From: Octopus sinensis
Lineage: Eukaryota
DNA: 64,000 bases
NCBI RefSeq assembly: GCF_006345805.1
Contig: NC_042999.1
Location: 132,308,001 to 132,372,000, forward strand
Reading direction: 5' to 3'
The first letter of the stretch is position 1, and every line of letters begins with the position of its first letter. Made by a program: the position numbers and the translations under genes. Positions 1 through 12,949 of the stretch are shown in pieces. The notes below the pieces were generated by a model. It was not told the origin of the DNA. It saw only the letters and a list, made by a program, of their open reading frames with translations, and did no database searches.

Positions 1-945
1 GTTTACACACTTCCAAACTGGTGTTGATAAAAACAAAATACTGAGTTCAGAGGTCAACTTAATCAACATTTCTAGCTTTGAGCCAAAGTTAGAAAACATT
101 ATTGTATCTGAAAGAACAATAGGTAAACATTACCTTGATAATAATAAGAATATTAATGATATTGATAATAGTTTTCAACAAAGGCACAAAGTCACATATT
201 TTGTTGGTGGGCTTAGTTGGTTATAACAACCTAGTATTTGACTGTTAGGGCAGTGAATTAGTAGAGTCATCAGAACTAGTGGGACCCATGAATATTTCAT
301 GGAATTAATGGTTATTTCTGAAAACTTTATCCAAAAAACCTGAAAACGTAGCCTGTGCTGTATTTGTATGAAAAGATAGTTGCTCATCTGCTAATCATTG
401 AAAAGTGAAGGAAATTGGAATATGATGATTACTTTATTTCATTTGATTTGCTATAAAGGTATTACACGGAAGGTGTAGCTGCAGGCTGGATGAGGACACT
501 ATGATGATGATGAAATGAAAAATGGTTGATGGGAGAAGCAAACAACACCCGCAAATTGTTCTGAATATGTTGTAATGTTTTTAATGCATTTAGAGAAGGT
601 CTGATATAGTTTTTGTGAAGTAGTGAACATTTGTAAGAAAATATTCTTTTACACTAAGTCAAATATGCAGTGAATATTACTCATTGTCCAAGTATATTGT
701 GGAGTTTACTATAGAATCCTAGTACAGAGTGAAGTTATTATAGTGTCCTAGAATACAGAGAAGTTACCATAAAGTCTTAGTTTCCAGTGAAGTTAGTGTC
801 CTAGTATGCTGAAGAGTTACTAGTATACTGTGAAGCAGTTTAAATAAACTAGCACACTACATTTGTATTGATTTTTTTCTCCAAATTGTTGCCAAAATGG
901 ATACACACGTACATGCACGTGCACACATGCGCACACACACATGCA

Positions 946-989
<44 letters not shown>

Positions 990-1068
990 TATATATATGT
1001 GTCAAGACTGATGAAACGTGGAAGAGAGATACCAGCTGGTCTGAGTGCTCTCTACCCACAATAACTAA

Positions 1069-3982
1069 AAAGACTACAGCAACTCAGGGAAACTAAGCCA
1101 GGACAACCTGCCATCCTCTACACACCATCATAAACTGCGAGCAGGGTACAAATTGTTGTCCTTAAATGCTCGCAGTTTATGCAACAAAATACATTTGTTC
1201 AACGCCTACGTCAGAAGTATTGACCCTGACTTCATCACTGTCACGGAAACATGGGCGCATTCCTTACTCTGTGATGGGGTTTTCAACATCACGGGGTACA
1301 ACCTCTTCCGTAAGGACCGCACTAACCGCCGTGGTGGTGGTGTGATGGTCTACCTTCGTTCAAATTTTTTGGTAATTCCTTGTGCCGATTTGAACGAATC
1401 ACAAGAAGAAGTTTTTTTCTGTGACGTACGTATGACCATGTCAACACTCCTGCTTGGCGTTGTTTATCGTCCCCCAAATTACCATCAGGACACACAGCTT
1501 TGCAACATCCTCCGAGCTGCTGCCAGGAAAACAGCCACTTATGTGTTTATTGCAGGCGATTTCAATCATCCTGAGATCGATTGGGAAACCTTCCATTGGC
1601 CACAGAGTGCAAACGATTTTGTTGAGCTTGTGCTGGACTCAAACTGGTCACAAGTAGTCACCTCTCCAACAAGAGGCGACAACACCTTGGACCTGCTCTT
1701 CACCACAACTCCTGAAGCGGTTATAATTGCACTACGGAGGAACCTTTAGGTGACTCTGATCATGCTATGATCATCGCCAATCTGGCTCTTGCGGGCAACA
1801 AACACCTGAACCATCTCCAATCTGCTTCCTTCGATTGGAAGAGAGCAGATTGGAACCTGTACCACACTGAACTACAGCACCCAAACTGGCGTGAATTCTA
1901 CAACTCTGGAGATGTGAATACTATACTCCAGATTATCCTGGACTCAATATGGGCAGCATGTGCAGCATCAGTGCCACGTAAACAAAAAAAGAAGAACCGT
2001 CCCAAAAGGGCAATTTGGAAAACTTCAGCGGTCCGACTTGCCAGGAAGGAACGTCGGACTGCTGAACAGGAATACAAGTTGCATAAATCAGACACCAACA
2101 GGAAGAAGCGGAATAAATCCTCCAACCACCTCAAGCAAGTGACAAAAAATGCAGTGCTTGAATTTGAACAGTGCATAGCAGCCAATCCTGACAGCAAGGT
2201 TTTCTGGAAATATGTGCATTCAAAGCAGAGACCTCACTCTCCAGTGGCCCCTCTTCGCAACCTTCACACAAACCAGATCACTGACGACCCCAAGGAATGC
2301 GCAGAACTCATTGCCGAGTGCTATGCAAACATATTCACTGTTAAAAGTCAAAATGTACCATCTTCACCATCACTAACAGCAAACTCCATAACAACTATGG
2401 AATTTACACCTGCAATGCTGCGACGTCACCTTCAAAATAAGCGCAACTATGCCTCCCCTGGTCTCGATGGAGTTACATACCTGCTTCTCAAACGTGGCAG
2501 GCACTTCCTTTTACACCAGCTTTCTATTTTCTTCCAGTACTGTCTCAACAATGGTGCTACTCCGGAGCAGTGGAAAACTGCCAGTGTCATTCCTCTGTTC
2601 AAAAAGGGTGACCGCACATCACCTGTCAACTATCGCCCAGTCAGTCTCACTAGCTGTATTGCAAAACTGATGGAATCGTGTGTCAGAGAAACACTCTGGA
2701 ACTTCTGGAGCTCTCACAGTCTCATCCGACCCTCACAATATGGATTTGTCCCTAACTCCAGCTGCAGTGACCAGCTTGTCGAGTTCCTTGAGGACATTAC
2801 TCAGATCACTGACAGTGGCTCATGGGTGAATGTTGTCTACCTTGACTTTGCTAAGGCTTTCAACTCTGTGCCACACAAAAGGCTTATGGTGAAACTCTCT
2901 GTTATGGGTGTGGGGGATGACCTTTTTAACTGGTTGAAATCCTTCATCCTCAGCTGAAAGGAGGTAGTCACAGTTCTAGGACAGCACTCTACACCATATG
3001 AGATGTCATCGGGTGTACCACAGGGATCTGTCCTTGGTCCTCTCCTGTTTGTGGCATACATTAATGACATAGATGCCAATTTAAAGAATGCCACAGTATT
3101 GAAATATGCAGACGACATCAAGCTGTACCTTGAAATCAAGAGGACTGATCCTGATGTCTACAACTCTTTCCTGCAATCAGACCTAGACACAATGCAGCAA
3201 TGGATCACAGACTGGCAACTGAAACTGGCTGTGGACAAGTGTACCACCATGCATTTTGGGAGAAAAAACCCTGCGTCCACATACTCCCTCCACAACACTG
3301 ATATCAAGAAATCCTCTTGCGAGCATGACCTAGGCATCACTGTCAGCAGTGATTTGCGTTGGACAAAGCATATCTCTAAAATTGTCAAGAAGGCCGAGGG
3401 TGTCTTGGCATCACTCAGCAAGACTTTTGTTAGCCGCTCTCCAGCCATCTATTTAAAACTGTATACAGCTATGGTACGACCACACTTGGAATTCGCATCA
3501 TCAGTTTGGAATCCCTATCTTGCTCAGAACATTGACCTCCTGGAATCTGTCCAGAGACGTGCAACCAAACGCATACCCTCCATCAGACACCTACCATATT
3601 CTGAGCGCCTTGTTTCCCTGGGCATGGATTCACTGAAGCTCTGGCGTCTGGTGACGGACTTGGTAAACACCCACAAGGTTATCAACCACCTCACCAACAA
3701 CAACACTGAACACCTTTTTGATCTCCATGTGTCTAACACACGTGGACATGCCTACAAAGTCAGAAAACAACACAGCTCCCATGACTTTTGGAAACATTTT
3801 TTCACGTTCAGAGTTGCTGAAGCATGGAATAAACTGCCTGCGTCAGTTGTAGACTGCCATGACACTGCATCCTTTAAGGCCCTCATGCTTTCCGAAATCC
3901 GCCGAAACTACACCTGATTATATATACACTTTAGATGAGTTGTAGTGCACCTGAGCACTGTACACAATTATTATTATTATAT

Positions 3983-3985
<3 letters not shown>
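1069..3985 (+). mobile_element. CR1-clade LINE, near-complete ORF2 (APE endonuclease + RT), 5'-truncated, one frameshift and one premature stop
   Basis: ORF 1153-1749 has APE motifs (ETW, GGGV, GDFN). DSDH follows in a shifted frame near 1750. RT has NYRPVSLTS, QYGF, YLDFAKAF, GVPQGSVLGP and YADD at 3105-3116. CR1-type C-terminus (LESVQRRATK, TRGH). Stop TGA at 2955-2957. Short 3' UTR and (ATT)n tail. Confidence 0.95.
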
Positions 3986-4021
<36 letters not shown>

Positions 4022-4025
<4 letters not shown>

Positions 4026-4365
4026 TGTTGCCAGCCTCGCCTGGCCCCCGTGCCGGTGGCACGTAAAAGCACCATCCACTCGTGTCCGTTGCCAGCCTCG
4101 CCTGGCCCCCGTGCCGGTGGCACATAAAAGCACCATCCATTCGTGGCTGTTTGCCAGCTCTGTCTGGTACCTGTGCGGGTGGCACGTAAAAAGCACCCAC
4201 TACACTCACGGAGTGGTTGGCGTTAGGAAGGGCATCCAGCCGTAGAAACACTGCCAGATCTGACTGGGCCTGATGAAGCCTTCCGGCTTCACAGACCCCA
4301 GTTGAACCGTCCAACCCATGCTAGCATGGAAAACGGATGCTAAATGATGATGATGATGATGATGA
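4022..4365 (+). mobile_element. 3' UTR fragment of an RTE LINE family (about 60-bp internal tandem repeats, (GAT)n tail)
   Basis: Three gccagc...ggtggcac(g/a)taaaagcacc units, then catgctagcatggaaaacggatgctaaa(tga)n. The same sequence is attached to an RTE ORF C-terminus at 15105-15805. Confidence 0.8.
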
Positions 4366-4879
4366 TATATATATATATAAACATATTGAAGGAGTAAAAC
4401 AGGTGACATGCACAATAGATATGTTTCTTAGATAGCTGAAGCTCGTAATGCAATTGTTATGCTTCCACTAGCTAAGAAACATACATGTTCTCCTCCCTCA
4501 ATTTGAATTTTTGCATTTTTAGCAGCTTTAGTTGCTAACAGTGAGCTATATAGAAACTATCAGCTTATCGAATTTCTCCGCAACTTTGATATGGGAAAAG
4601 TATGTAACTCTTAAGGCCAATAAATTGTTTTGGTATCTTATTATATACTGTCCTCTTATTGTTCTCTATACCTGCCACTGACTGCTTGAAGCTTACAAAC
4701 TTCCTACATGTGGATCCTTAGATTGTATTTATATATATACATGTACACATATGAGTGAATGTTGAAAAGTTCCTGGCTTTGGGTAAAAGAAAATACAATA
4801 GTGTCAGTTAATTATGCTTTTATTCCCTTTTTAAATTCACACACTTAGGTCTTTTGTGATACCCTTAAAGCCAGGGGCA

Positions 4880-5617
4880 CCATCTATGAGAAACAGCACC
4901 ATGACGCAATTCATTCTGCCAGAAATTTGAAAACAACATGCTGTACTGCTTGCCATTCATGCTGGAAGCTCCAATACAAACATTTCAGAGTGCTTGGGTG
5001 TCAATCTGATAACAGCGCAATCTGAGGGCATGTATCAAGAGAGATAAAAATCAAACATCCAGTCAACATCATGGTGTTTGGAGTGATAACTAGTGATGGC
5101 AATGTTATGCTTCCATTCATCTTCCCACATGACCTCAGACTCAACACAGAAACCTACTTCAAGTGCCTGGAGGAAGCAGTGCTGCCCTGGGTCAAGAGGG
5201 TGGCTGGTGGAAGACCCTATGTCTGGTAACAAAGCTCTGCACCCATGCCACACAAACAGGAGAATGCAGTCATAACTGTCAGACAATTTCTGCAACCACA
5301 TCACCCCTAACATCTGGCCACCTAACTCCCCAGACTGCAATCCCCTTGATTATTATGTGTGGGGCACAGTTGAGTGACAGACCAACTAAACTCCTTGTAA
5401 CACCAAAGATGAACTGAAGGCATAGATTATGGCAGCATTCACCAACTTAAACAAGGTGGCCATCCAGAAGAGTTACAGGAGATTCCAGAGTCATCTGGAG
5501 GCCATGGTTGAAGCCAATGGCAATTTTATTGAATAAATTTACTCTTTAGTGTTTCAAGATATTTTTATGTAATATTGGTAAATATATGTCAGTGTTATTT
5601 TCATTTTTGCATAATTT

Positions 5618-5620
<3 letters not shown>
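4880..5620 (+). mobile_element. Tc1/mariner remnant of DD37D (maT-like) type, internally deleted
   Basis: Translates to KHPVNIMVFGVITSDG, GRPYVW* and WPPNSPDCNPLDYYVWG. Homologous to the full copy at 22355-23613. Confidence 0.85.
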
Positions 5621-5663
<43 letters not shown>

Positions 5664-5800
5664 TATAAGTGTACAATTTATAGGAAAGATCCATGGGAAT
5701 AATTACAAGGTAGCTAAATGTTTCTTAAGTGTCCCAAAAAACAATGATCACACTTGTGTGTGATTTGATTCCGGGATAAGTAAGTTGTATTTAGGAGGAA

Positions 5801-5977
5801 ATAGGAAAAATTGAATAAGTAGACAATGCTCAGGATGTAATTAAATCATTTATATCTTCATAATTCATCCTGTCGGACGTATTTTGAATGCATCCATCGA
5901 AACATATGTAGAAAATATGAAGATATAAATGATTTAATTACATGCTGAGCATTTGTCTCCTTATTCAATTTTCCTAT
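5801..5977. repeat. Inverted repeat, 62-bp arms (5801-5862 / 5916-5977)
   Basis: ataggaaaaattgaataag...atcttcata is the reverse complement of tatgaagat...ttcctat, with few mismatches. Confidence 0.9.
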
Positions 5978-6006
5978 ATATACATATACATACATACATA
6001 CATACA

Positions 6007-6042
<36 letters not shown>

Positions 6043-6200
6043 TATATACATATATATATTATAAGGTTTGGAGATGATGTACAGGTATTATATATAAGAA
6101 GAAATAAGGTACTCAGAAATCTGGATGGTTTTATATTTACAGATATTTTAATAAATATCTGTAAATATAAAACCATCCAGATTTCTGAGTACCTTATTTC

Positions 6201-6246
<46 letters not shown>

Positions 6247-6300
6247 TATATGTATATATATATATGCATATATGTGTATATATATATATGTATATATATA

Positions 6301-6353
<53 letters not shown>

Positions 6354-6368
6354 ATATGTATATGTATA

Positions 6369-6400
<32 letters not shown>
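5978..6400. repeat. (TACA)n/(TA)n/(TATG)n microsatellite block containing a perfect hairpin
   Basis: Direct inspection. Confidence 0.95.
6097..6204. repeat. Perfect 52-bp inverted repeat with 4-nt loop
   Basis: 6097-6148 is the exact reverse complement of 6153-6204; loop TAAT. Confidence 0.95.
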
Positions 6401-6411
<11 letters not shown>

Positions 6412-6779
6412 CCGTTTTCCATGCTAGCATGGAAAACGGACGTTAAACGATGATGATGATATACATATACATATATATACACATAGACATATACATATAT
6501 ACACACACATAGATATATATATATTGTTTGTTGAGTATGAGGATTGATTAGCTTTATGAAAAAAAATTAACTTCAATGGATTTCCTTTCTTTCTTTTGTT
6601 CTTGCTTTTAACAACTTTGCCAGTATATTGCAAAATTACATTCATTTATGTTTTGGCAGTAATGATCCTTATCCATTATCTGTACTTAGCTTTAAAAATT
6701 GCTTCCAAATTTAAGTTTTACTTTTTAAATCACCAGCAGTGGGTTATAAAATTTTCACTAAAATATGTTGACCCCATCC

Positions 6780-8050
6780 TTTTCATCATAGCAATGAAAC
6801 TCCTCATAACAGCTGCTGATAAAGAAGCCAAAGTACTAACAAAGGAATCAAGCAACCAACAACATCCAATAAGTAGTTTCCTGGATGATCTTACAATGAC
6901 AACCACAACCCATGAATAGGCTGAGAGGATGCTGACTTCACTTGAACACATGGCAACATAGGCTAGAATGAGGTTTAAGTCCAAGAAATCTAGGAGTATG
7001 GGGATCAGGAGAGGCAAATTAAACAAAATTGAGCTGGAAGTTGAAGGAAAGGCTATTTCATGAATAGAGAAAAATCCAATTAAATGCTTTGGAAAGAGGT
7101 TTGACAGTTCACTCTCTGACAAAAGCAATGTTGCCTATACTGAGAAGCAAGCGAAGAAGTGGCTGAAGATGATTGAACAACCAAGGCTTCCAGGAAAATA
7201 CAAGGCATGGATCTACCAACATGAACTGCTTCAAAGATTCATATAGTTATTGATTGTGTATGAGATTCTAATGTCAAGAGTAGAAAGAGTGGAGAGAGAG
7301 AGGTAAATAAATACTTCCGGGGCTTGTTAGGTGTCACCCCAAGCTTCACTTCAATAGGCCTGTACATAAGATCTGGACAGCTACAACTTCCTCTGTCATC
7401 CGTAGTGAAGGAATTCAAAGTTGCAAAATGCAGAGTTGTAATGATGTACAGGGACTCTCACAATGAGTGTGTCAGACATGCAGGTATTACAACCAGGTCC
7501 AGGTGAAAGTGGGAGGCTAGCATCACAGTTGCACAGACTGAAAGCATGCTGAAGCTACACAACACCGTTGGAATTACATGCTGAGATCAGAGGTTGTCCA
7601 TACAACCTAGAGGCCAGATGTATTTCTGTGGTCTGAAAATCCCAAGAAAATAACCTTGATTGAGCTTACAGTCCCACGGGAAGAAGAGTGCGATCAAGCC
7701 TATGAATTGAAGTGTGCTAAGTATGAGAGCTTTCTGTAGGATTGCAGGGATAAGGGATGGCAGTTATGGCTTTTCCCAGTGGAGGTTGGCTGTAGGGGGT
7801 TCCTTGCCCAGTCAGTATGGAGCATGCTTACTGCCATTGGAATGAGGGTGGATGTTCGCAGGATGGTAGAGACAGCAGAAAGAGCCTCTTGCTGGTTAAG
7901 GAGCAAAAGAGAGGAGTTAGGCTGGAAGCCAGGAGATGATGAGTAGTGATTTGGCCACCTCTGCTGACCCACCAATAGGAGGGTGTTATGGTTCTGGATC
8001 GAAACACCTGCAGGTCGCGGGATACTGTCCGATGATATCAGTTCCTCCTG
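6780..8050 (+). mobile_element. Hero-type non-LTR retrotransposon remnant (RT + restriction-like endonuclease)
   Basis: Broken frames give SFLDDLT and ARMRFKSKKSRS (RT/thumb), then RPDVFLWSENPKKITLIELTVP...KCAKYE...VEVGCRGF...ASCWL. This is a PD-(D/E)xK RLE C-terminus typical of the Hero clade. Many stops. Confidence 0.8.
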
Positions 8051-8639
8051 ACTAAAGTTCCATTCGTTTTGGATAGTGTAAATGAAGTACCTTCTTCTAG
8101 GTGTTAGCAACACGTACGCACGCACACATTCTTATTACACGATTTATTTCATCGATGAATAGACCTGATATTTTATCTTGTAATATCTATCAATGCAATT
8201 AAGTTTACTTACTTAATTTGTATATCTTTACGTTTAATTTACTGTTTCTTTTTAACATAATATGTTATGAGTGAAAACCGTATCTGTTGGCAGAAGAACA
8301 AATTCATACACTTATTTTAAAATTTAGTTTCTTTATTCAATTCTCTTAATTTCTTTTTACCTTTTCATCGTTTTGTTTACTGAATTGGTGGTGGAGTGTA
8401 GCGATTAATTAAAATTCTTTTTATCATCTTTTCTTTTATATTCAAACTTATTTTAAAAACATTTTCTTGCTTAAATTTTATATGTTCCATGCTATTTTAA
8501 AGTTACTTGAATCTTATTTTTCCTTTCAGAAAGAATATCCGGACAGATAAAGATTAAGCACAAACAATCTATGTATGTCATTACCCAACTCATATTCCTA
8601 CATCTATCTATCTGTCTGTCTGTCTATATATCTATCTAT

Positions 8640-11600
8640 CAACTGACTTGTTGTCGCATCGGTTCTGCCGGTAATCGCTTTTTTACGATCTTTTATTGCA
8701 CACATTTTGTTTTAAATTTTGCATACAAGGTGTGTGAAGCACCCGACTTTCGTTTGAGTGTGTTTTCAAGGGGCAGTTTCAACCTCATTTAAATTTCTAT
8801 TTTTGTTCTCGACTTTGAAAAATGTTGAGAAATTTCGTAATAGAACGCTGGTCAAATTCGTTCATGGACCAGCATTTCCCTAGCCTTGAAACGCTAGGAG
8901 AAAAAAAAAGAATAACTCCTGCACACACACACTTGAATACAACTACAGACATGAAAAATACAAATAAATCAAAGGCAAATCTGAGAGATGTGAAAGTGAA
9001 CGCTTGTCAACGTCATTGATACTGCAACCACAATCGTTAACGGCCCTGTTACTACCACCACCACCACCACCACCACCAACACCAACACTACCACCACCAA
9101 CACCAACAACAACAACAATAACAACAACGAAATCATCACAAAGCAGTCCACTGTGGCCTCCACAAGAGACAATACCGCCAACACCAACACCACTACTACA
9201 ACTTCAGCAGCCATAACTAACACCTCTGCTACCACCACCACCACCACCACCACCACCAAGGACAAAACAAATTTCGCTGAGGCGATAAAACAAAAGAAAC
9301 TATTGTAACATTCACTGCCCAACAAATCAACGATACAAAAGTACTGCTTAGCAAAGAAGGACAAAACTTACACTTACACATACCTAAAATCATTATTGAA
9401 CAAACCCCAAAAAGAACAATCATTTATAAAATAGTAAGTACAAAAACAAACAAAAAACTGAAAATGCACCACAACAAAAAATTGAAAAATGCCTTCGCCC
9501 TGTATGGGCACACAAGGAATATGTCAATTGGTGGCATAAATTCAGCACAGTTCAAGTGCGATTCTACAATGAAAATCTAGCCAAACGGTTCTCAACACTG
9601 ACTCTCCACGTGGATGAGTTAGTGATGATACCAACTTATCTTGGCCAGAGAGTGACAAAAGTTACAATAAAAAAATGTACCTCCAGAAGTAGAGACTCAA
9701 TGGCTATTATCTGCCATCTGTTTCGAAATGGAAGAAATTAACATTTTAAAAATTGCTGTCTTAGAACAGCAAAACTGGGTCGGAAGGACACTTGAAATCC
9801 TCTCGCAAATTGATCAAACATCGATAAATAAAATACCAACATCCATTGAATTAACAGAAGGATACAAGTTGTACGTAGTGGTGGAGGGCAGGCGGCCATA
9901 AAAGCAGAAGCGATTAGGCATAGCAAAGCAATAGCGAGAGATAGAAACAGACTAGAGGGTAATCTAGCTAAGAAGCTAGAAGAGACGATTAGATGTGGCA
10001 TCACATCTGACGTATTGGCGGTGAGGTAGGCCCTCTACCAACACTTCAACGCCAAACACAAAGGGCGTGTTGTCATGGCTAGCATGTATGCTCTAAGGAA
10101 CGAAGCTGTTGGAGCCGCGCTAGAGACCCAGGTGGCGGAGGTGCAACAGGGCAACAAAGCCACCATTCGGTCTCTGGTAGATGAACAGGGGCGCGAATTA
10201 CTTGAGCCCAGTAAAATGTGTGAGGCCTTTCAGCAGCATTTTGCCCGACTGTTCGGGACGAGTGGCGAGCGAAAACGTAGGGTGGACTTCAGTGCCTACC
10301 TGCACAGCCTGTCACGACTCTCGGCGAGACAGGCAGAGTGTTACAAAGGTGCAATCACGGTGGCGGACGTACGGGATGCGATGGCAGGATGCTCGAGTGA
10401 CAAGTCACCGAGTTTGGATGGTCTGCCCTACGAGCTTTACAGCTGTATGCAGACTTGTTTGGAGGCGTCTTGGCAGCAGTATACTGCAACTAGCAGCAAA
10501 ATGGAAGCATCCCCGGTTTTGTGAGCCGAGGAGCCCTAACGCTGCTGAAGAAAGATCCAAACAAGGGGGACGTAATAGATAACTTTAGGCTCATTACTCT
10601 GCTCAATGCAGATTTGAAAATTTTGGCCAAGGTGTTAGCCAAGAGGATGGCGCTTGTCATCGAGAAACTGGTCGACAAGGCGCAAACGTGCGTCGTGCCG
10701 GGCCGGAGCATCCATGACAACCTCCATCTAATGCGCTGCATCATAGACAGGGTAGTTAAGGAACCTGGCATGGGTGGGGCCCTGATCAATTTGGATCAAT
10801 CCAAAGCTTTCGATAGGAGAGATCATCGATACTTGGAGGCTGTCCTCATAGTGGCTGATTTCGGTCCCATCTTCCACGGCCGGATAGCTACCTTGTACAG
10901 AGGCATCCGTTTGGTAATTCGCGTGAATGGGCATCTCTCGAGACCTTTCGACATTTCACGTTCGGTCCGTCAGGGATGTCCCCTCTCATCACTTCTGAAT
11001 GTATTGACTCTCGAGCCACTACTGCAGAAGCTGGCAACGCTGAGGGACATCCCTCGAGAATGGGGATGTGGGACGAGCGTGTCACCGTCGTGGGACGCTG
11101 GGCCGACGGTACGGTCAAGTTGCTAGGGGTCTGATTTGGTCCGGACCTCCAAATGGAGAAGAACTGGGACGAGATAACGAGTAGGGGGCGGCACTATCTC
11201 ACGGCAATGGGCCGAGAGGAAACTGTCCCTAAAAGGTTGGGCTGAGGTGGTAATCGCGTACATCACGTCCGTCATCTACTACCGCCTAACCGTCGTTCCT
11301 TGACCCGACCCTACCATCACCAAACTGGAACGCATCCTCTTCTGCTTCTTGTGGAAAGGAAGCATCCCGATGGTCAGGCGATCCGTTTGCTGCCAACACC
11401 CGCTAAAAAGAGGGCTGGGCATGCCATGGTTAATGATACGCGGACATGCACTGAGACTGCGACATCTCCGGCTCTACATAGACGACGGTGGTCAGGTGTA
11501 GTCGCCGTTTAAGCGGTGCGCTTTCCCCACAGCTCGTCTCCATGACCGAACTGCAGTCGTGGATCAAAAAGAGACCGCAGAAGGGCGAATGTGACTGCGA

Positions 11601-12610
11601 GTGTCGCGTTGCTCTTGAGCAACTATGCCGTCCCGGGTCGATCTTGAGCGACGGCATCACAACCAAAGCATTCTATAGGGGATTAGTGGAGGGGAGGTAC
11701 GACGACGATCTCGGGGTGAACCTGGGCATCGACGAGGAATACCTGAATCGCCTGTTCAAGACGACTTTCTGGTCGGGACCTATAGACAACTTCCAGAGAT
11801 CCCTGGTCTGGCAGTGCTATCGAGAAGCACTACTCATTCGGGATAAGCTCTACAGACATGGCTCGGGAAATATCGGGCCGACCTGCCCGAGATGCGGTCA
11901 GAGCGACGAAACCGTTCTGCACGCATTTGTGCAGTGTCCAACCATTTCCAAACTGTGGGCTTATATCGAATGACTGCTGTCACGTGTGGGACGAGTCAGT
12001 TTATCAGACGAGTCTATCGTCAATATTGTCGCGCCTCCTTCCTTCAAACCAGAAGGAAGAGCCATTTTCATCGTACTTGTGACTATAGCGAAATAATGCG
12101 TCTGAAAGGACTAGAGACAAACACTTTCCTCTGGTCAATCTTTCATCAACTTCTTCAAGTATCACTTGAAAAGGAAGATGAGTGTAGAGAGGGAAGTTTT
12201 GTCTAGCGAATGCTTCAATAAAAGATGGGTGAATGTAGCAAGGATGGCACGTGTGAATGACGGAACCACATTGAGTATAATCCTATAAATCAGAAAAACA
12301 ATGGAAAAAAAGTTGCTAACTGTAAATGTGTTCTTGTATGACATTTTTGCCCGAGGTCACTCACCGTGGTCTTTTCGTAGGTTTTTCTTTCCACGGATAA
12401 ACCTCTCCATTTTGGGGAACTACGTTTCCTTTTTTATTTTTTTAATACTATTTCGACTTTTGTATATCCCAAACGATTTCGATCCCTTTTGATCGTTGTC
12501 CCTATTTTTATCTTTTTTTTTTTTTGCCCCCCCCCTCGAAAAGAAAAACTCTACATTGTATTTGACCTCTCTGTGTTCAGCCCTGTGTGGCCAATAAAGT
12601 TATTTATCTA
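8640..12610 (+). mobile_element. Tx1/L1-clade LINE with ORF1 remnant, deleted endonuclease, RT lacking YADD, C-terminal CCHC-type finger
   Basis: RT motifs KSPSLDGLPYE, LLNADLKILAKVLA, LDQSKAFDR, SVRQGCPLS. C-terminal CPRCGQSDETVLHAFVQC. 3' UTR ends in aataaa plus (TATC)n. The 5' boundary is approximate. Confidence 0.9.
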
Positions 12611-12668
12611 TCTATCTAGTCTCTCTCTTTATCTATCTATATTTATAGAAATAAATAAATAAATAAAT

Positions 12669-12672
<4 letters not shown>

Positions 12673-12715
<43 letters not shown>

Positions 12716-12716
12716 T

Positions 12717-12752
<36 letters not shown>
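12673..12752. repeat. (GATA)n microsatellite
   Basis: Direct inspection. Confidence 0.95.
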
Positions 12753-12890
12753 CGAATGTAATAAACAATCCTGTCAACCTAAGCAAGAAATCATTTTATT
12801 AACTATAGCAATTATTTAATTAACAGGATCTTTAAAAGCATAACAATGTCTTGCCAAATGGACAATATGAAATGAAAGATTGAGAGATCT

Positions 12891-12949
12891 AACCCTTTCT
12901 ACCTCAAGTTATATACGACAGTATATATAACTCTTGAGATAGAAAGGTT
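12891..12949. repeat. Small imperfect hairpin, arms about 26 bp
   Basis: aaccctttctacctcaagttatatac pairs with gtatatataactcttgagatagaaaggtt. Confidence 0.7.

Noticed and set aside
2-228. Open frame at the window start (FTHFQTGVDK...VGGLSWL*)
   Set aside because: No recognisable domain and no visible start or acceptor. Cannot be supported as a CDS without upstream sequence.
4265-4300. CTGATGA followed by hairpin AGCC/GGCT
   Set aside because: No GAAA, stem III or cleavage triplet. It lies in the RTE UTR and looks like a chance match.
5953-6506. Long Y/I/M/C-rich ORFs (also at about 13250-13680, 35000-35650, 48320-48690, 54390-54750, 58440-58910)
   Set aside because: These are translations of (TA)n, (CA)n, (GA)n and (TACA)n microsatellites.
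8969-9423. Poly-V/poly-P/poly-T ORFs as host proteins
   Set aside because: These are (ACC)n/(AAC)n tracts within the ORF1 region of the Tx1-type LINE.
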